Assembly: GCA_964016885.1 (NCBI GenBank)
Contig: OZ024742.1
Location: forward strand, 53,258,001 to 53,322,000
Direction: 5' to 3'
Length of the DNA stretch: 64,000 nucleotides
Source of the DNA: Eledone cirrhosa
Lineage: Eukaryota
Shown here: positions 59,682 through 64,000 of the stretch, one piece after another
How positions within the stretch are numbered: position 1 is the stretch's first letter
Layout of the letters: each line of letters begins with the position of its first letter
Made by a program: the position numbers and the translations under genes
Notes under the pieces: generated by a model
What the model saw: only the letters and a program-made list of their open reading frames with translations
Databases searched by the model: none
What the model was told of the DNA's origin: nothing

Positions 59682-59824
59682 TCATGGATGTTTGGTTCTT
59701 ATAAAATTCTAGTAAATAATCAGGAACTGATTATACAGAGCGGTTGCAGGTCAAGCAGAAATTGAAAATTAGAATTGGAGCACCAATTCTAATTTTCAAT
59801 TTCTGCTTGAAATATAATATATAT

Positions 59825-60160
59825 ATCATCATTTCATTTTACGTCCACTTTTCCCTGCTTGCAAGGGTGGGACGGGAACTGATTCTGGCTTCGTTTCTAC
59901 AGCTGGATGCCCTTCCTAACACCAACCTCATTTACAGTGAGTGCTGGGTGCTTTTTTGCTGTGGCAACTCCACGACCACTTTGCAGTGGAATGATTTGGA
60001 CCCCAGTCCCTATCATCTCATTTCTACAGCTGAGTAAACTGAAGCAATGTGAAATAAAGTGTCTTGCTCAAGGAAACAACACATCACTCGGTCTGAGAAT
60101 TGAACTCACAACCTTTCGATTGCAAGGCCAATGCTCTAACCACTAAGCCATGTGCCTCCA
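59825..60160 (-). mobile_element. Full-length SINE-B
   Basis: tRNA-like head, ccttgagcaagacact central block, RTE family 2 tail. Confidence 0.9.
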
Positions 60161-60169
60161 TATATAATA

Positions 60170-60511
60170 TGTAAATAAACAAATAAATAAATGAACATAA
60201 ACACACACAGACACCCGGATGTGGCGCATGCGCAGACTGAGCACACAACACACACACAGAAACAAAATGGCGTAGGACAGAACAAAGGAGAGGCACAGAA
60301 ACAAAGAAAGGAATCCCCAGTCACTGAAGAGGTCACAGAGTGTGTGACGAAAGAACTATGACTATATATAAACAACTATCTGGTTGTGGAACCAACCAAC
60401 CAACCAGAAATTTATAAATTTATAAATTTATTATAAACTTATTATAATAAATTGAAGTGAAAGCAACTGGTGCGTGTGTTTCTTATTGGCAACATGACCC
60501 TCACAAAGTAT

Positions 60512-60516
<5 letters not shown>
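60170..60516 (+). mobile_element. Solo Penelope terminal region with HHR at 60319-60363
   Basis: Reverse complement of 35128-35475; agtca CTGAAGA g gtcaca-gagtg-tgtgac GAAA GAAC TA tgact. Confidence 0.88.
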
Positions 60517-60555
<39 letters not shown>

Positions 60556-60685
60556 TATAATATATATATAATATATATATAATATATATATATATAATAT
60601 ATATATAATATATATATAATATATATATAATATATATATAATATATATATAATATATATATAATATATATATATATATAATATAT

Positions 60686-60719
<34 letters not shown>

Positions 60720-60784
60720 ATATATATATATAATATATATATATATATATAATATATATATATAATATATATAATATATATATA

Positions 60785-61562
60785 AATTCTATAAAATGCA
60801 CACAATGCAGGTCCTGGGTACACAAGAGATGTAGCGGGATAGCAGGCAAACTAACAGGTAGGGAGAAATATGTATGCAGTAGATGTACAGGGAAATTAGA
60901 CAGTAGAAGTCGCACTGATAGACATATTTTTCAAATGCGAGAGGGCGCTATAGAAGTGGTGGATAGCTTCCGGTACCTAGGAGATCAGATTAGCATGGGA
61001 GGAGGGTGTTCCGAGGCCATAGTATCTAGAATAAGGACGGGTTGGAAGAAGTTTAGGGAGCTGCTTCCTCTGTTGACGAAGAAGGGTTTCTCCCTGCGTA
61101 CGAAAGGCCGGTTGTATGATGCCTGTGTGAGGAGCGCGATGCTGCATGGTCGTGAGACATGGGCAGCAACCGCAGAGGATATGCGACGGCTGGAGAGAAA
61201 TGAGGCAAGCATGCTCCGTTGGATGTGCAGTGTAAATGTGCGTGAACGACCCAGCATAAATGTGTTGAGAGAGAAACTGTGTCTGAGAGGGATAGAATGT
61301 AGTGTACGGGAGAGGAGACTGAGGTGGTATGGACATGTGATGCGCATGGAGGATGACCGATGGGTGAAGAAGTGCCAGGAAATGCCAGTTGAAGGAAGAC
61401 GTGGTAGAGGTAGACCACGAAAAACATGGGCGGAGGTGGTGAGAACAGACCTCAGATCATTGAAGCTCACGGTGGAGATGACGAGGGACCGTGACGAGTG
61501 GAGAGATGCTGTGCTGAATAAGACCCGTCCCACCCTTGCAAGCAGGGAAAAGCGGACGTAAA

Positions 61563-61604
<42 letters not shown>
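60785..61604 (+). mobile_element. RTE family 2 3' fragment
   Basis: PHD remnant, ORF 60935-61561, (GAT)n tail. Confidence 0.9.
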
Positions 61605-61640
<36 letters not shown>

Positions 61641-61667
61641 TATATATATAATATATATATATAATAT

Positions 61668-61915
61668 GGAGGCATATGGCTTAGTGGTTAGAGCATTGGC
61701 CTTGCAATCAAAGGGTTGTGAGTTTAATTCTCAGACCGGGCGATGTGTTGTTTCCTTGAGCAAGACACTTTATTTCACATTGCTCCAGTTTACTCAGCTG
61801 TAGAAATGAGATGATAGGGACTGGGGTCCCTATCATTCCACTGCAAAGTGGTCGTGGAGGTGCCACGGCAAAAAAGCACCCAGCACTCACTGTAAATGAG
61901 GTTGGTGTTAGGAAG
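61668..61915 (+). mobile_element. SINE-B, 3'-truncated
   Basis: tRNA-like head and central block. Confidence 0.85.
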
Positions 61916-61975
61916 TGCAGGGGATGGCAGGTTATTCTGATTTAGTTTCCCAGAGTTTTTTCAGTTTCTTTATTG

Positions 61976-63169
61976 TCAGTTGTTGTGGGTACAGTCTCTT
62001 TTCCATGTTTCGCCAGCCTTAACAAACTTCCATATCTGCCCATCATCTCGTAGGCTGAAGCTTTCATGTTCTGCCGAGCTGCGGTTTAAGGAAGCTGCAG
62101 CATGCAACTTTGGGCGGACATCAGGTGGAAGACCAGGGCGTGTTCGGAAAGCAATCCGACTTTCACGCCTAGCTTTATCAGAGGCTACAAGGTATGAACG
62201 TGCCTCAGTTGAGTTTGAAAACGACAGTCTAATTAGCCTGGGTTTCGGGCCTGGTCGGCCAAGGCGTAGAGCACCCTTTGCGGGAGCACCCTTTGCGGGA
62301 GCACAGCCCAAGTCTTTGGATGAACTGGCAGCAAATGCCTGAAGATCACTATGTCTTCTGGTACACCAATGGCAATCACTTCGTGGTTTGCAGATTCAGT
62401 GGCATTCTCAATGTGTCTAGGTTCAACATGAGGTACGCAGAGATTTTTTAACAAGGCACTCCGGTAAGATCCCTCATTGTGGGGTTCTACACGAACGCTT
62501 GATTTTATTCCCGCTATTTCTCGGCTTAAAGCGGAAATCATTTGCCGTATTTTCCTCAAACTCCGTATTGATGGTCGGTTTTTGTTGTTGTGCTTCTCCT
62601 TCAACAGGCATGGTAGAAGACACAGTCGTCGGTTGTTGTTGTTGAAAAGTAACAGGTGAGGAAGACATGGGATGATGTTGTTGATGAAGTCCTTCAACGG
62701 GGGTAGTAGCAGAAGCTACGGTCGTTGGTTTTTGCTGTTGTTCAGGAACAATGGTAGAGGAAGACACGATCCTCGGTTTTTGTTGTTGTTGTTCGGGAAC
62801 AATGGTAGAAGAAGACACGATCTTCGGTTTTTGTTGTTGTTCCGCAGCAATGGGAGAGGCAGGCATACAGTCCAGGCACTGAAAGGACCAGTTTGTTAGC
62901 TGGACCATCTCCCAGAGTCTATCCATCGTAGCAATATGATGTTTCTTGTTTTGGCCTGGGATCTTCCGGAAGCCTGTGGCGCATTGAAGGCAGACAGAGA
63001 TGTGACAGGTTCCACATTCAACCCAACGATTACGGAACAAGTTTTCGGGTTCCGTACAGATATGGCAGATGTGATCTTCTGGGCAATGTTCTATTTTGGA
63101 ACATCGACCAGTTTTGTCGCATACTTCATCGATGGATATCACCATGGCAATTTTGTTATTTCTGCCCAT
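61976..63169 (-). pseudogene. Frameshifted LINE ORF1-like protein (Cys-rich PHD-like N-terminus, Q-rich repeats, RRM-like C-terminus)
   Basis: CHIC..WVECGTC..C.QC..FQCLDC; VIAIGVPE; RLGR..PRLIRLSF, spread over three frames. Confidence 0.6.
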
Positions 63170-63589
63170 CTGTAGAAAAACACAGAATGTAAACAATATA
63201 GGTTTAGTGCACTTGATTACGATAGAAATAAAATGTCTGTTTTTTGTTTTGTTTTTTTTGTGTATTTTGTTTCTGTTTTCCTAAATGTTGTGTGTGTACA
63301 GAAGAGTCTGCGCATGAAACAAATAAATATGCTGCGTAAGTTAAATGAAACGTACTGTAGAAGGCAACAGTTTATTAACAGCGAAATAACATTTTTATCC
63401 TGATACTGCTTCTTTATAATAAACTTTCAATAATATTTTTCAAATTATTAACTTTCAGCTGCTAGTATATATATATAATTAAAAGGTGTATGTGGGTTAG
63501 AAGTATATATATATAATTAAAAGGTGTATGTGGGTTAGAATCATATATATAATATATATATATATATATAATATATATATATATATTTG

Positions 63590-63765
63590 CAACGTGAGGA
63601 TCAAAACATGAAGTGTTCAGGATCGCTAGACAGTGAGTCAAGGAAAATTGTGATGTCAGTGGAGAGAAGTGTGTCAGAAATGATTTTGGTGAACTTGCCT
63701 TCACTGACGTTGAAAAGAAGGTAGTATGGAAGTGTTACTATGGAAGATTACTGAATGAAGAGAAT
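63590..63765 (+). mobile_element. Short RTE internal fragment
   Basis: Similar to 50160-50335 (EVFRIAR..GEKCV..WKC.Y). Confidence 0.75.
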
Positions 63766-64000
63766 CAGACTCAGAAGCTCCCGCGTCTTGCGACGCATGA
63801 GGCAATCATGGTGTTCCATCACGTTCGGTCAGCAGCCAGTTTCACAGCGTCCCGCCATTGTCTGTTTGTCGCTCGCAGGTCCCTCTCAACTGTCTGGCGC
63901 TAGTTCATATTGGGTCGCCCTCTCCGTCTGCTTCCCTGCGGGCTCCATTTAAGTACTTGGTTCGCCAGTCTCTCCGGGGGAAGTCTCAAAGCGTGTCCAA

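Noticed and set aside
61668-61740. tRNA gene
   Set aside because: tRNA-like SINE head repeated in several SINE-B copies; no proper cloverleaf.
63345-63400. Possible HHR (CTGTAGA..gcGAAA)
   Set aside because: Core mismatch at A6 and no convincing stems.

Overview
AT-rich, apparently gene-free eukaryotic DNA made almost entirely of nested mobile elements set in large (TA)n/(TATG)n microsatellite blocks, with a 200-N gap at 36050-36249. The repeat families suggest a cephalopod, probably Octopus (inference). Contents: one RTE LINE with an intact 1181-aa APE-RT-3xC2H2 ORF, about ten truncated PHD-bearing RTE copies, CR1/L2-like and CRE-like fragments, Penelope-like elements (RT/GIY-YIG), tRNA-derived SINEs, a mariner and a DD37D maT transposon. 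The standout signal is invisible in the ORF track: about 30 type I hammerhead ribozyme (HHR) motifs, folded by eye, some degenerate. Fourteen lie in a near-perfect 424-bp tandem array (27652-33692; 13 on +, 1 on -, joined head-to-head), one per unit, which looks like a non-LTR retrozyme / rolling-circle circRNA insertion. Dispersed, diverged relatives keep the fold, one copy has terminal redundancy, and further HHR families include U3-A8 core variants and long stem II inserts. Ribozyme activity is inferred, not shown. The long Y/I/H/T/M/C/V ORFs are microsatellite artefacts.
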